A DNA stretch of 64,000 nucleotides from Psilocybe cubensis (taxonomy: Eukaryota). The DNA lies in assembly GCA_017499595.2 (NCBI GenBank), contig CM039002.1, positions 868,001-932,000 of the forward strand. Direction: 5' to 3'. Positions 13,049 through 27,220 of this stretch are shown here, one piece after another. A program made the position numbers and the translations under genes. The notes beneath the pieces are model-generated. The model ran no database searches and was not told the DNA's origin. It saw only the letters and a list, made by a program, of their open reading frames with translations. Position 1 is the stretch's first letter. Every line of letters starts with the position of its first letter.

Positions 13049-13825
13049 TCATCGTCGACCAGCCAGCTCAGCGTCTGCGATGGGGTTGGAATGAATTGTC
13101 ACCTAAACAGCGAAGTCAGCGGCGTTGTCTCGCGTGAAGCATAGATAGCCTACTCCAGTCAGTTTAATCTCATTTAAAGGTCGATTTTTGTTGGTGACTG
13201 GAACACGTTCCATAGAATCCAGTGTCGAGTCTGCACCGTCAATCACTTTACCAAAGATGGTGTGTTTGCCGTCGAGGTGGGGCTGCTTCGCGTAAGTGAT
13301 AAAGAACTGGGATTTGTTTGAGTCAGTAGCATTCCCTGAATTGGCCATCGCGACAACGCCTCGGTTATTAAACTGGAAGGGAAGTGCGGATCAGAAAACG
13401 AGAGAAGACGCGAAGAAAACCAACCGACCTTGAGGGTTGACCTAATTTCGTCAGAGAAAGGCGCGCCCCAAATGCTTTGGCCGCCCTTGCCTGTGCCAGT
13501 GGGATCACCTGTCTGAATCATGAAACCGCGAATGTTTCGGTGAAATATGCAACCATCATAGTATCCAGAAGCACAGAGGGCCAGAAAATTCTGTTGCGCT
13601 CTGAATGTCAGTGTGGCTGGTGATGGAGATGGAGTAGAACATGCCTCAGCGGCTTTTGGAACAGCCTCACAGAATACTTCAATCTAACGCAGCCATATGA
13701 ATATGCGGACAGCTGTGTGTAGAGCTATGGACGTACTTTGAGGTCACCGTGAGAGGTGTGTAGAGTAACAGACTGTGCATGTGTCAGTCAGTAGTTTGTG
13801 ATGGTGGAACGGAAGACAGTACCAT
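13049..13825 (-). CDS. Cyclophilin-type peptidyl-prolyl isomerase, PPIL3/Cyp10 type
   Basis: [103 protein letters not shown]. Confidence 0.95.
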
Positions 13826-13992
13826 TTTTGTTCAGATTTGGCTGTGTGACAAAGATCAAGTGGATAGGCGTGTGACTGAGAACGTTACTCGGATATGAGA
13901 GGGGCCGCTCTTCGCGTTTATTTAGTGCACTTTCCGTCCAAGATTAGGGCTATTCTTTCCTCACGACCACCACTATCCCCGCGCCCTCAGGA

Positions 13993-15983
13993 ATGCGTTC
14001 TCCATCGTTGTATAGTCAGGATGATCCAATTACTGCAGCTATGAAACCGCCCTCCACAGAGACAGACTCGGAGCGGGCTCTCCGTCTTGAGGCAGAGGCA
14101 GAGGCGAAAAGAGTCTCTGAACAAATAGACGAGGATCTGCGAGAGGAGCGAGAAAGGCTGAAGAAGAAGAAAAGCGATGTTAAGGTACGCACTTGTCTCC
14201 CTTTTTGTGCGCATATACTTTGTCTGAGCGCTTATCTGCAGTTATTACTGTTGGGCCAAGCCGAAAGTGGAAAATCCACGCTTCAGAAGCAGTTCCAACT
14301 CATGTACAAGCCCAATTCTATCGACCAGGAACGCTCTTCGTGGACAGCTGTCATTTATTTCAATGTTGTGCATTCTTTGAAACAGATCTTAAATACATTG
14401 GAGCAGTGGGATGATGTCTTGGACGACGAAAACGGCGACATTCTAGATATCGCCCCTGAACCTTCACACAGAGCCAAAGGCAATGGAATCGCCGACCAAC
14501 CCTCACCCTCGACCTCGTTGATGGGCGGCAATGGCACCGTCAACGGGTCTCCTGGATCTGTCGCTCACTCTGATGCCCCTAGTACTTCAAACGCTGCTGG
14601 TTCATCTAAGGATGCAGGGGCTATCCAGATAGGACAATTACGCCGCCGACTTTCTCCCCTCATGGCTGCCGAATCCCAGTTGGCTGACCGATTAAGTGGG
14701 GGCATCACGGTCTCCGGTTCTGGCAAAGGAGGGGTTTACGTACGTAGTGGGTGGCAAGCACGCACGATCGAAAATGCCCTGACAATGATCAAACGACCAT
14801 CTACTGCTAACGAGAAGAGACCTCGTATAAGCGAGTCACAGGATTTTACCCCAGACCCCATGGTCCAAGAAATCGGTCGCATGCTGGAGGCTTGCGAGGA
14901 AGATATCCATGAGCTTTGGAGCAACCCAACGGTCAAGGGCATGATTGCCAAACGACGTTTGAAGTTGGACGAATGGTCCGAGTTGTACGTCAATATGGTT
15001 TCTATTATCTATATTTCGCTCATATAGTTCTTGTCAGTTTTTTGAGGCATATATCGCGTGTAGCATCGCCGGATTACGTGCCAACCACCGGTATGTTACT
15101 TTTTTCAGTTCGTTCTTAGCGCATATATTGACCTAATTTTCTCAGACGACATCTTGCACGCCCGCATTCAGACAATGGGCGTGGCAGAGCATATATTTGA
15201 TGTTAATATCCATGGAAAGTTGGTGACCTGGCATCTTTTCGACGTTGGCGGTGCTAGGGGCCAGCGACACTCGTGGGTACCATATTTCGACGATGCCAAC
15301 GCGATAATCTTTGTTGCCCCTGTGAGCGCATTTGATCAGGTATGCTCTCTGTTTTTTCTCAGGCGCATTGGGTGCTTAATATCTTGTTCAAGTACTTGGA
15401 GGAAGATCCTCGTGTCAACCGTATCGACGACTCCCTGCAACTTTTCACGCAAGTGTGCTCAAATGCCCTTTTGAAGAGCGTTCATCTTGTCCTTTTCCTA
15501 AGTATGGCACTGCCTCCATCATTGATTGATCTTTCTCATCATTTTCTCATACTATAGATAAGACTGATCTCCTGAAGGCAAAATTAGACAAGGGTCTGAA
15601 AGTTCGCAAATAGTGAGTGTGTCGTGGCGAAATTTCTCCCATTTGCTGACATCATATCTTAGCATCACGTCCTTTGGAGAACGATCCAATGACTACGAAA
15701 CCGTTGTCCAATATTTCCGTGCCCACTTTTTACAAGTACACAGGCGGAACAACGAAAATCGCCGTGTTCTCTATACCCATTTTACCAGTGTAGTGGTGAG
15801 TAACGGCTGTTGATTCTATGAAAGCGGTCTCTAATATCTACTCAAGGATACCAAGGCGACTCAGCGCATTATTGGAAACGGTTGGTTTCACTGCTTTTGA
15901 TTCATGAATAATTGCACTTATCTTCGTATTCAGTTCGCGATTCCATTTTCCGCGGATATCTTCAATCCGCAGCTTTGGTTTAA
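13993..15983 (+). CDS. Atypical heterotrimeric G-protein alpha-like subunit
   Basis: LLLGQAESGKST (G1), DILHARIQTMGV (G2), DVGGARGQRHSW (G3), FLNKTD (G4), HFTSVVDT (G5); multi-exon; ends RGYLQSAALV*. Confidence 0.92.
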
Positions 15984-18577
15984 TGTGCACCTTGTATGAC
16001 CGGTTTATGGCTTTTTGATTGCTATCGGCTCTTCCATTCTCCCGCATTGTTTTCTTGTTATAATTATTGTCTTCAAAAAGAGCTCTCTTTTGTTTTGGTG
16101 CACTTTGTTCAACGTCTATCATCCATTCTCTTTGAATTGTCTCATACCTACCGCCTTCGTCACGCATTTTCCCATTCACCCCCACACATACCAATGTTCT
16201 TGAACTCATGTTATCATGTACCCATCACTGCACCTGCAGCACGAAACACGTTGGAGCTAGCCTTCACTCTTTTTGATATTAACGATTATCCAACGCCTAT
16301 ATGTTATACACCCCTGTCCACGTTTACTTATTATTACCCTCTCTCCACGACCACTTAATACATTTAAATTATTGGCTGTCTTTCCCACTTGCATCATTCT
16401 CTCAATCCTTGACAGGTTTATCTTCGATGTCCGACCAGGCACGTTCGATGGACGAGTTGTGATTGATTAGTCAGTAGCAGGTAGCAATACTACGTCAAGT
16501 ATCTCTCCACTGGGATGACCTCCGGACCCGTCACTGTCCAGAATTCAGTGCAAGGACCGAGTACGGGGGCATTACGCGCGCGCAGATCCAAGATCGTTCA
16601 AATTACCTGGAGCCCAACTGGAATCTTTTCTTCTGGAAAGCCCGCTGCTCCGATTCGGGACTCATCCGAGCTCTGGCGTTTAATGATCTGCTTATGCCTT
16701 TTGACGAGCGTTGCGGAAAATTCTAAGCTCGAAGTTTGAAGCCATCATATCATGACAGGGACTGTAAACCTGGAAGATGCGAATTAAGAACTTGTGGGAG
16801 AAGTCAACGGAACATAATATTATTATTTAGGTAAGCTTTGAATCTTACCCAGTCATTGGTGACTGCCGAACCATTGTTCAGGCTTCATCATAAAGTGACT
16901 GTGAGTATTGGGGATACAAATGATGTACGTATTTAAGACTTCACTGACTGGGGGTAGATTTGGTGGGCGCGCAACACGTACACGGCGGCATATAAATTAT
17001 TTTTGTCAGTCTAGATCAAGGGTCCCGTCCCAGCAGGAGTAAGTTCAAGAATGGGTAAGGATGCGATCACAACAACCCGTCTTCTCTGTATTAAAAATAA
17101 ACATTGTGGATGGTAGGATGTGGAGGAGGACATATCATGATCAAGGAATATATTCCACGCGATAAAGGTGATTTTGACGAGCTCCTAATTCCGACCTTTA
17201 AGCTGATGCAAAATTGTGGGAATGTTTTGGCTGTAGAAAGTCTATTGAGGCTCTGAGATTCGCTCGTACCAGTCGTTGCCTCAATCTACAGTCGGTAAAT
17301 GGTAGCTTATTAGAAGGAATGATTAACCACAGCCTCCCGATAAAACGTCCATGAACTAAGCGACCTGCTCATTCTTTGGCTCGAACGCGGCAAAGGACAA
17401 AAGACAAGATTCATTGAAAACCAAACTTGAAGAAATCCTACCAGTAACCGAGATTAAGGCGTTCTCGCCGCAATGCTCTGTCCATCACAGGCCCTTCGAG
17501 TAAAGGAGCAGTTGCGGATGGAATTGCGTGCGATTTATTGTGGTTTATTCCGCGAATTATGATGTATACCATACTTGTACACAGGAAAGACCGACTCGGA
17601 GAGCCGGAGTCAAAAGAAGTTCAGGGACGTTATTTACGTGTGTTTTATAGCAACATCACCAGTAGATGTCTGTACCTGGTAAGAATCATAAAACTGGGCG
17701 CTTATGATACTATTTCACTTACCAGTGCAGGTATCAGCATAAAGTGTCAGCTACATTAATCTATTAAAAAAGCGCCAAAAAAATACCTGGAACTCTGCAT
17801 AATAATGGAAAGCGAACGGCATGACTCAGTTGCCACATCAAAGTCCGGCATCGCGTCTGAAGGAAGAACGGCTCGAAAACTGAAGATGCAAAACAAAGCA
17901 ACTCAGCACCGGGCTGAGAACAACATTCACTGCCGCTTACCCGGATTGAACGAGTGACCTTTTCATAACGTGACACATGATATGAACATGGGACTACAAG
18001 TGAAACGCGCTACCACTACGCTAAAGCGGCTTACTGGCGTATTTTTCTTCTTTAGTAAACGTTATTATCGAAGAACTTGGGTGCAAACTAGCGCAAAGCA
18101 TGGTCTCTTGTCAATCTCTTGTGGATATTTAGAATACAGAAGCCTTGCATAAACAAGTCAATGGGTTAAAAGATTGTCTACAAAGAGATCTTACAGAAAT
18201 TAAATCTTTTTGTACAATTTTTTGCGCCTTTTTACCATCTCTAAGGGTTACTTCCCAACTTGTATGCTTGCCAGAAAGATGCCAGCGTATTACACAATCT
18301 ACAAAAACTGCTAACCTGAAGGCCGAAATCGTCATTTAATTTTTCTATGTGATAATCAATTAGACAACTGTCTAGCGACCCTGTAAAACTGTTTAAACTC
18401 TGCGAACATTGTTTTGTACAACTACTTCCAAGTTATAGAGTGAAACCCAAAATAGGTTCGTCTCTTAAAATAGATCATTCTGATCGTGACGAGTTGCCCG
18501 GTACCGTGAGAATAAAGGCGATCGGGTATACCGTGCCGATCTGTGCCATCCTCTTGAAAAACATCCATCGAAGTATC

Positions 18578-19889
18578 ATGTCCGAGTCCAAACGCAAGTT
18601 TCAAGGCGACGATAACAAAAGAAAGAAAAAGTATAGATCGGTAAGATCTCTGATACAATGATGTTCACTTCTATTATGTCGTTTGCAGGATGGCACGCCG
18701 ATTTGGGGGAAAAGACACGTCGAAGGACCTGGCGTATGGGTGAGCTGTGCGTACACGATCGTTCTCATAACGCAATGCTTATGATTTTAACTTAGGCGTA
18801 AAGGGAAAAGAAAAACAAACAATTGGAGAAATATATGAACTGTTCGAATCGGTCTGTCTTCGAGACGTGTCGTGGCGCAGAGGCGCTGAAACTTTCATAG
18901 ATAGCTTCGGAATTGTGGCCGTTAGAGCAAGATTCAGAATCAGAAAATGACACCGGCCTCAGTTTAGAGGATCAGATTGCAAACGAGGTTTCTGCTATCA
19001 AGCGTCCTCGCGGTCAACAACTTTTCGGTAAGCATTCTCTTTTTTTTCCTCTCGTTGTATCCCTCATCGTTGTGTGTAGCCAACTGTCAGACAAATACAC
19101 CATGTGGTAAGCATACTCTCTTGGCATTTTTTGCTCAGTCCTCATCAAAGACCTCAGTAATTTTTATATCATGCAAACCGCCTGTGGATCCCGTGGGGCT
19201 CGTTGTCAAGTATATCCAATCTGTACAACAGTCGGGCGTTACCCGCACTCGGTAAGGGGTCCACGAAACTACTTCATATCCTACCCATTGATTCATCAAC
19301 GACGTTAGATACGTTCATCGCTTGGTTCCTGTCTCAGGGTCATGTGCTGCTAATCTTCCTGAAATTCAGTCGCTTTGTCGCAAAGTCTTCAAAGAATTCT
19401 TCGACAAACACCCCGACACACCATTCAAGGTACCTTACTCGGCTCTTTTCCCTCGAAATTTCTCATTTTCCCTCGCCCTGTTAGTTTAAAATTGAATTGC
19501 GCATTCGCAATCATACTACGATTCCTCGGACGGTGTTGATCCAGAATGTAGCGCAATGTGTGCCGGAGGGCCATACCGTTGATTTACAGGATCCTGAGAT
19601 ATTCCTTTTGGTCGAGGTCTTCAAGGTTTGTTGTGCAGCTAATTCCGAAGACGCAGCCTGACGCCTATTTTCTTAGAGCATTTGTGGTGTTTCGGTTGTT
19701 AAAGATTATTACGGTTTACACAAGTTCAATGTCGCAGAAATTGCCAAGCGTAATGATCAGCCACAGGAAGCAAGTCGTTTGACAGTCTCTTCGACTCCCA
19801 CAGATACGCCCGCGGCAGGCACCACTACAGTGGAAACGACACAGGCAGATAAACCGGAAACATCCGTCACATCAACGGAAAACGTGTAA
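18578..19889 (+). CDS. THUMP-domain tRNA-binding protein (Tan1/THUMPD1-like)
   Basis: MSESKRK..GPGVWVSCVKGKEKQ..SLEDQIANEVSAIK..TRTRYVHRLVPV..FKIELRIRNH..HTVDLQDPEIFLLVEVFKSICGVSVVKDYYGLHKFNV; stop at 19887-19889. Confidence 0.88.
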
Positions 19890-20031
19890 TTTTGTGCCCT
19901 ACTAAAGATACAGAAGATAACTGTTAATACAAAAAGAATCTCTATTCGTCCCGTGGTATCCTAGTGTGTGTTGGTCCTGATTCCTGATAACTAAACTGTA
20001 GATGAACGATGAAAGCGAAAGGGAAAAAGTG

Positions 20032-21704
20032 TTATGAATAGGTGCTATATGACGATGGAAGGGAATTTTCAACATTGAATAAGAAATTGGAGTCAAGAGG
20101 CTGGTAGAACGATCCGGCGTCCATTTGCGACATTGATCCCATTCCATCATATTTTGGCATGCCATCCCTGGAGGTGGGAAATCCGCAGCGCTGAGGGGCA
20201 GGCGCATAAGGGGTCATCGGGTTGGCGGGGTAAGCGTCGAAGGTGGAATCCATTTGGTAGGACATTTGCGAATAATTGACACTCAAGTTCTCGTCCTGGG
20301 GGCTTGGCCATTGAGAGTAGAGCAGGCTGGAGTTAGCCTGAGAAGTCATCGGCGCGGGCTGCAAACAATTTATAATCTTATCTGAGTAAGCAAAACCAAT
20401 ACTACGTACCTCGTTAGTCGGTAAGAAATTCATTCCGAAGGTGGAGCTTGAGGACTTCTTTGAAGCCGGCGGTGTGCAAAATTTGAAAATGATAGAGACA
20501 TTACGGTTGGACGACCCTTGCGGTTGTTGAGAGGGCATAGGTTTCAACGTCTGCAGAATTGTGAATTGGGTAATATCTGTCCGTGGGTGAATGTTAGAGG
20601 AACCTGGGATATTAGCCGAACTTTGACATGCCTTGACTGGAGCATAGCTTCCCCCAGAAGCCCGGTACGAGTTCCGAGGAATACAACCACCCTGATCTAT
20701 CCACGGGAGACGAGAGACATTTAATGGGAGCGCTTTCCATATGCATTGGTGAATTAGAACCATTCGCGTAGACAATGAAGGTCGACTGTGGCATGAGAGC
20801 GAAAGGGGATGGGTAATGGATAGTACCACAAAGAAAGGGTAGAACAGATATCGTCCTGTCCTGAGGAACGGCGCCGTGGGGACTGCATGCAGCTGGAGCC
20901 AGCTGAATTATTTGAGGGTTGGGAATGTCTCTGCTAACAAAATCGACGGATGGTAGTCTGGTGGGCCAAAGTTCGTTCTGTAACATTATTTTGACATGTA
21001 CGGGTTTTGTGGGAGACACCGCCGGACAATATTCAGGCTGAGCAGGTGGGGGAGAAGGTGAAACACATGGGCTATAATCTGATTGTGAACCTGTAGATGG
21101 GGCTTCGGAAGGACTTCTATGAGAGATGAGCTGAAGAACTGGTAACGCGTAAACACATGCGGTTATAAAACAATGGGCGTGGGGCATACTTTTGTCCTTT
21201 TTACATGTATCCCGAAGTTGTTGCAAACGACTGCCGACTTGCTTTGGTGTTCTTCTCTTGCCCGTGGTTTCAAAGATATAGTCTGATATGAACCTGTTGC
21301 GCATCGGAAAGCGTCCAAAGGCCTTGTCAGGCTTTGAACCCAGATTTTCGGGTTGGTATTTTTCCAGAGCTGCCAATCGATGTTATTGCTGGTTGAACTC
21401 GAGCAAATCACATTAATAGATACCTTCGAGAAGAGCAGCTTCTCTGTTGACATATCAGCTGATGTGGTTTCACAAACAACGACCATACTTACAACAGTGG
21501 TGGCCATACAGCCTCTCCTTTGCCCTTAAGAGTTTTCCAACTTCTCCGGCCTGTAGCGACGAACTGTGCCTCATCTCTGGACCTTTCCTGTTCTGATGGT
21601 GTATACGAAAGATCGTCGACGGTTGTCGACATACAAATGAACCCATATTCTTTCTTCGAAGAACTAGAAGAGGAGGATCCTGACTGCCAGTCCATGAAGG
21701 GCAT
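20032..21704 (-). CDS. TEA/ATTS-domain transcription factor (Tec1/AbaA family)
   Basis: GRRSWKTLKGKGEAVWPPL|EAALLE|ALEKY..RFPMRNRFISDYIFETTGKRRTPKQVGSRLQQL matches the TEA domain pattern; several introns. Confidence 0.9.
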
Positions 21705-24700
21705 TTGCTGAATGTAGGGATGTAGAAGAGAAGGCGGATAGAAGTGATGACACTGGACAGAAGGTGGGGAGTGTGTCGAGTTACCACTTGAGTCCTGGAC
21801 CTTTAAAAGGGAACGAGTCTGCGGGGATGGTCGATTAAAGGTCGATTGGGAATGAGATATTGAGAAGCAGGGTGGTGGACACGGATAGCTACGGATAATT
21901 TATGAAGACCACAATATGGGTCCAAACGAAATATAAAACGAAACGAGTTCCCGATCGCCAGATTGGCAATCGGGCATTGTAACTGTTGAAATCGTCCGTC
22001 CTTTTTTACGAACTAAACGATTTGCTGCAGGATGTCATGGTTTTCGAGAGACCAGATTTGGGGTCGCATCCACCGTCGATCCTCCCTGTCCACATACACG
22101 ATCGGGCAAGCGAGATCCCCTGGGATTTCACGGAGAATCTGGGTAACCCCATTTGATGGAATGAGTGAATCCTTTTCCCTCGGATTGAGATTTGGTACAC
22201 ATAAGCCTGCCGGTATACTTTTTAGAGTGCACAGGGAACCATTGACAAGGTATTTAGATTCCAGCGAAGGAAGACATTGTCGCGTATTCAGCAATAATTC
22301 AACGGCATCCACGCACGGTTCGCGGCAGTGTTTGTAAAGAACTACATCAGCCTGTTGCACTATGAGTATTCAAGAAAGCAGCTAGTGGTAAAGCCACTAA
22401 CTAGCCGGTTTTGAAAGCAAATCGTTTTGTGTTGAGAGAAACACGAATTGGGACGAGATGAACAACAACAACCAAAACCAATGGCGCGTTATGCTTTGTC
22501 GGTGTTTGAACTACACCAACGCGGTCCCGTCGGCATGTTACGGCATCTGATGAAGTGCATAATCACTCCATCCCGAGTCTCGGTGCCTTCATTCGTTAGT
22601 CGGGACCACACGAAGGCTATCTGTTTCTCTGATTGGAAAATATTTCAGCAACTGAATAACGAGATCTGGGACATACGTCTCTGACAGACCATCCGTATCT
22701 GTCTGAACAGGGGCTAATCTTAGGGCTATAGTATATTAATTGCTAACTGGCGTCAACTTCTCAGTGAAGTGAACTCGTTGTTCGGGAGAATATCTATTGG
22801 AGGATACCTCATCATCAATTTATGCTCATAACCATGTGTACAGTAGCAGTCTCGTTATAGCATTCAATAAGGTTTATCATGGTATGTCGAAAGCGTCTTT
22901 AGTACTACTCACGCGACAAACTTCCAAGTTGCCCAACTCCAGTGGCGGAGTTCTTTTCGCAGCTTGGCCGAGTTGAAGTCGAGCACGGAGTCCTGAGATC
23001 CGTCCGGCATACTTAGTTTTATCGTTCTCAGTTTCTGATGTTTCCGTCTGATATTCTCTAAAGAAATAACCACAGATAGTATGGACAAATGCAAACGACG
23101 CTAAATACAATAACAAATCATGATGATATGAGTGAGCATTTGGATGCCTTCACATATCTTATCACGGCCTACCACCAAGACGTATAAACGTTGACTCCAT
23201 AATTAGAGAAAAATCAGAATATTTGTTGACAATGATCTCAAGAAGCTGGTTGTTGTATTTTGCGCCACAGAACGATTCAGTTGTAAATTACCCATTTGCC
23301 TCGCGCGACTAATCTTGCGAGAAGGTCAACCAATTAACCACACAAACCTCACAGCATCGCCGTACTTGTCAGTAGTCTGTCAAACAAGCTCAAAAAAACA
23401 TGGCCGTAAAGGTTGTCATCTGTGCAAACAATCAACTAAAGTATAACTGGATAAAAGTGCCGTCCTCAGCAGACGTCGGAGATCAGCTGTCAAACATTCG
23501 TCTGAACCTGGGCAAATCACAAGAGTGTGCCGTAAAACGGCTGGAGAGCAGAGACACCATAGTTTCACGATCTCCGGGGAAGCTGGCATCCTGCCAACTA
23601 CTTTTTAGCGTCCCTCATGATACTAACAAAAGTCGCAAAGTAATTAACACATAAACGGCCTGAAATGCTGGTGATTCGGAATGACTTACAATGGTAATGA
23701 TCCGAGTTATCATGAACTTTGTTCCTTTCGATATCAGTGCATTTGAACTCTCTCTGTACGACTTAAATTCGTTGGAGAGAACTAACCATTAAATGTCAAG
23801 GCGTGATGCCCCAAATGCAATAACAAAAGTACCTGTAGCAGATAAGAATTTTAGCCTAGTCCCAGTTCTAGGTAACATTCGTTTAAGCGCTTGCCTTAAT
23901 TATGCTGCACAACTTGAATATTCAATCTGAATCATAGCTGCATTTGACTGGCAGAAAATTTTCAGGTTTACAAGCCTTCGATATCGAAGATCAGAATATA
24001 ATTAGTGTTACGGCTTAAATGTATTGATAAAATGAGATTAAACCTCACCACAAACATGACTTCGCGTGCAGAAATGCATTTCCGCAGTAAAAGCACCGGC
24101 GGGAAATAGAGGCCTTGTTGCCCGAAAGAAGTGTCAGAGTAGTGTCAGCCATCGCCAAAAATTGCCGATAAAATATAGTCATCATATTCATCTACCAGGA
24201 AGACGAGCCGCACAGACACCATGGCCCCATAGACGATTATCCTTGGCATTAAGAAAGGTATCACTTTTACAATGGAACACCATCAGTCAGTCAGGTATTG
24301 ACTTATATAAACCAGTTTGATCAATAAATGGGGTATATAAGCCATTACTGTTGCGGTGTTTTAGAATGTGTAATGAGCAAGAAGGAGCAAGGAAGTGATG
24401 ACTTACAAGTGGGGTTTCTTAAGTATCGTGACCAAACCCTTCAATTAGATTTCGACGTGCCTTTTTGGCGGCCTTTTTTTCCCTGTCCTGACAAGATAAG
24501 GTGCTTAGATGCATACATCAGAAAACATTTCTGGGCGCCTGACCCAGTTGCTGATGAATAGCATTGATGACCGAAGCTCGCCGCTATAATTATCACTTCA
24601 AAATTTTACGGTCAGAAAAAAATGACTCTGGGCCGAACATACCTAAGGTAAGTTTCGGTGGAGACGCAATAACGCACATGGTCAGTGCGCTTCGCCTACC

Positions 24701-25949
24701 CGCAATACAGTTTTGAGAACAATCAAATGAGACATCGTATGGTGGTTCTGAATGTGTGCAGTATCTAGCCGGGATATCAGTCCTTCCCTCCCAAGGGGCC
24801 GTGCAGGTGTAAAGCGGTGTCGGGATCATGTCACCATCACTACAGGTGCCATCAACGCCTCCAACGACCGGAATGGAAGTGAAATCGCTGGGGAGGATTC
24901 GCCAACTGTGCAGATTTCATTTCGCCCACTGCCCTCGCTTACGAGGGAGCAGAATCCTAGCTTTGCGAAAGGCCGTAATGTTATACTTAAACGATGGGTT
25001 GTGTTTAATTATGATGCTTCTGGGGATTTTGGCGTCCCGGAAGGAGGTGCTTCGTCATGATTCCTGAGAGTCGTTTACCCAAAACTGACACCTGGGGCCT
25101 AAGACGACAGAACTTACCAAATCGCCGTGAGAGGACGAGGCACAGGCGACGGATTTGCTTCAGGACATAGACATCCGTGTACGAGCACAGGCGGCTGCAC
25201 CCTTGACTCATTGTTTCATAGACAAGACGAAAGAGGTCCCGAATGAATTCAGAGGCCAAATAATAGATGCGTGAGGGGACCATATGCAAATGAAACAGAC
25301 GCACCGCGCGTTGAGTCAGTCCTTGAGCAAACGAGTCTTCTGAGCATTGTAAGCGCAAGGGAATTCTCCGATGCGGGAGCGCAGCGGAAAATACAGGGCC
25401 GGGTCTCCACTAGTGCAGGGTGCTGACAGTACAGACGAGAAGGACAAAAATTAAATGTTCACGTTCAACAGCTGTGGGTGAAGAAAAAGGGACAAAAAAG
25501 GCAATATATTGCAGGCGACGTCATGCGGTAAGCAAAGAATATAGCGAAAGGTCTGGACTCTGGGGATAAAATTGCGCAATTAGGTCGAAAATCCTGACGC
25601 CTAGGGAAATACCATCGCCAATCAATAGCGCCGATCAAATTCGTTGCAAAAATGTCGAAATTTCACAGCAAATAAAGTACCCGGGGGCTATTAAAAAGGA
25701 CACAAAGGGACAAGTAAACGAGTCAGGCAAGCGGGGAGTATTAGCTTGGTAGGCGCCTCGAAGATATGTGTTCCACGAAGAGAAGGCGAAAAGAACCCGC
25801 GAGATGGGCTGGATGATTACGTCGTTAGCCTGCTTTTTGATCAAGGTGATTCCAATAATGCCGTACGGTTGGGAATCCGTAGAGATAAATTTATATGACC
25901 ATTGTTCCGGTAAAGAATAACAAGTTTCCGAATGGCCACCACCCCCAGG

Positions 25950-27220
25950 TCAGGGTTTAAAAGTAGTTCAAATGAATACATCGCCAGGTCGGTCCGTAAG
26001 GAGTATGGTTGTGGACCAAGTCAGCGCAAACTCCTTGACAATGATCGAAGGTTGTCAAGCGCATCCAAACGCCAATCCCTGAGCTGGTTTGATCAGAACG
26101 GAATGCTGGCTTGTTGAGAGTGGTGAGGCCTATACAAACGAGATATTCATCAGATCTGCCACTGTGATGACAAAGAAAGAAAGACGTAGAATATTACTCA
26201 CGTCTCGGCGGCGGCACGGGAAATCCATAAAAAAACCCTCTAGAAGGCATTTTCTTGCATGTGGTAGATGCTGCAGGCGTAGACGTCAGTCCTGTCCGCT
26301 CATAAAGGATCACAGTGTTTATCTCAATGTCCGGGCCCAGACGGTCAGTCGCTACGAGAGAGATTGAGTGTCCGGAGTGGGGCGTTTGAATAAGCGCCGA
26401 TGACCCGGAGCCATTGACCACGTTTAGTAGAAATCTGGTCTTGAAATAGACAGAGATTTTGTCCGCTCGCTGAATGGGAGATACACCGAGTTTAAACTGC
26501 TCCCAATGAGAGTCTTTAGGTCGGGACGGAAGATCTGCGAATTCAGAAAAACGTGGTTTTAGATAAACTTCCATTGAGATGTCGGCATGGGCGATGAAGA
26601 GCGGGGTATTCACCTATTTTTCCACGTGCCTTTTAGGATCTTAAAACGATCCAGGAACCTTATCGAGAGCTTTTATAGGTGATTAGTGACGTCCTATAAG
26701 CAGATATTATGTGCTGATTGATGATAAAAAGATGTTGAGGAGATAGGGGGTTGGGAAGTTGGAGATATGATCATCACAAAACTGGCACGAAGTTTATTGA
26801 TAGAGGTTGCAATCCAAGAAGAAAAATTACATACCTTGGCCTTAGAGTAGTACCTGGCTCTCCATAGACATGCGCGTAGGTAGCACGACGGCCGACGCGT
26901 AAAGACACCCACAGACCGTCTAGTCGTATCCCACAGTGGCGCTAACCCACACAGCAAAGAACCGTAATGACTCTAGTCGAGAATGAGTAAAGTTGTTCCA
27001 CCGTAGCGTCGTTCGATGACTTGAGAGGAGTAATATGTTCTTTTGTCCGCATAGTTGCAATGGGCCTCGGATACGGCCAATTTTTTGCTCGGGTCTACCT
27101 GGCAGTATAAGCGAATCCTGATGAAGTTCATATATATCCATCGTGAATTGCAAGACGAATAAGAATGCTTACTAGTGGTACAAAAACCGTTTCCTGGAGC
27201 GAGACAGACGTACGACCCAT
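25950..27220 (-). pseudogene. Possible degraded multi-exon gene of unknown family
   Basis: A 139-aa open segment (26194-26613) is bounded by AG/GT splice signals. Neighbouring exon-like segments have canonical splice sites but in-frame stops. No family recognised; boundaries approximate. Confidence 0.3.

Noticed and set aside
16400-18500. Intergenic region searched for tRNA, ncRNA or repeats
   Set aside because: No cloverleaf, box A/B, TIR or tandem structure was evident by eye.
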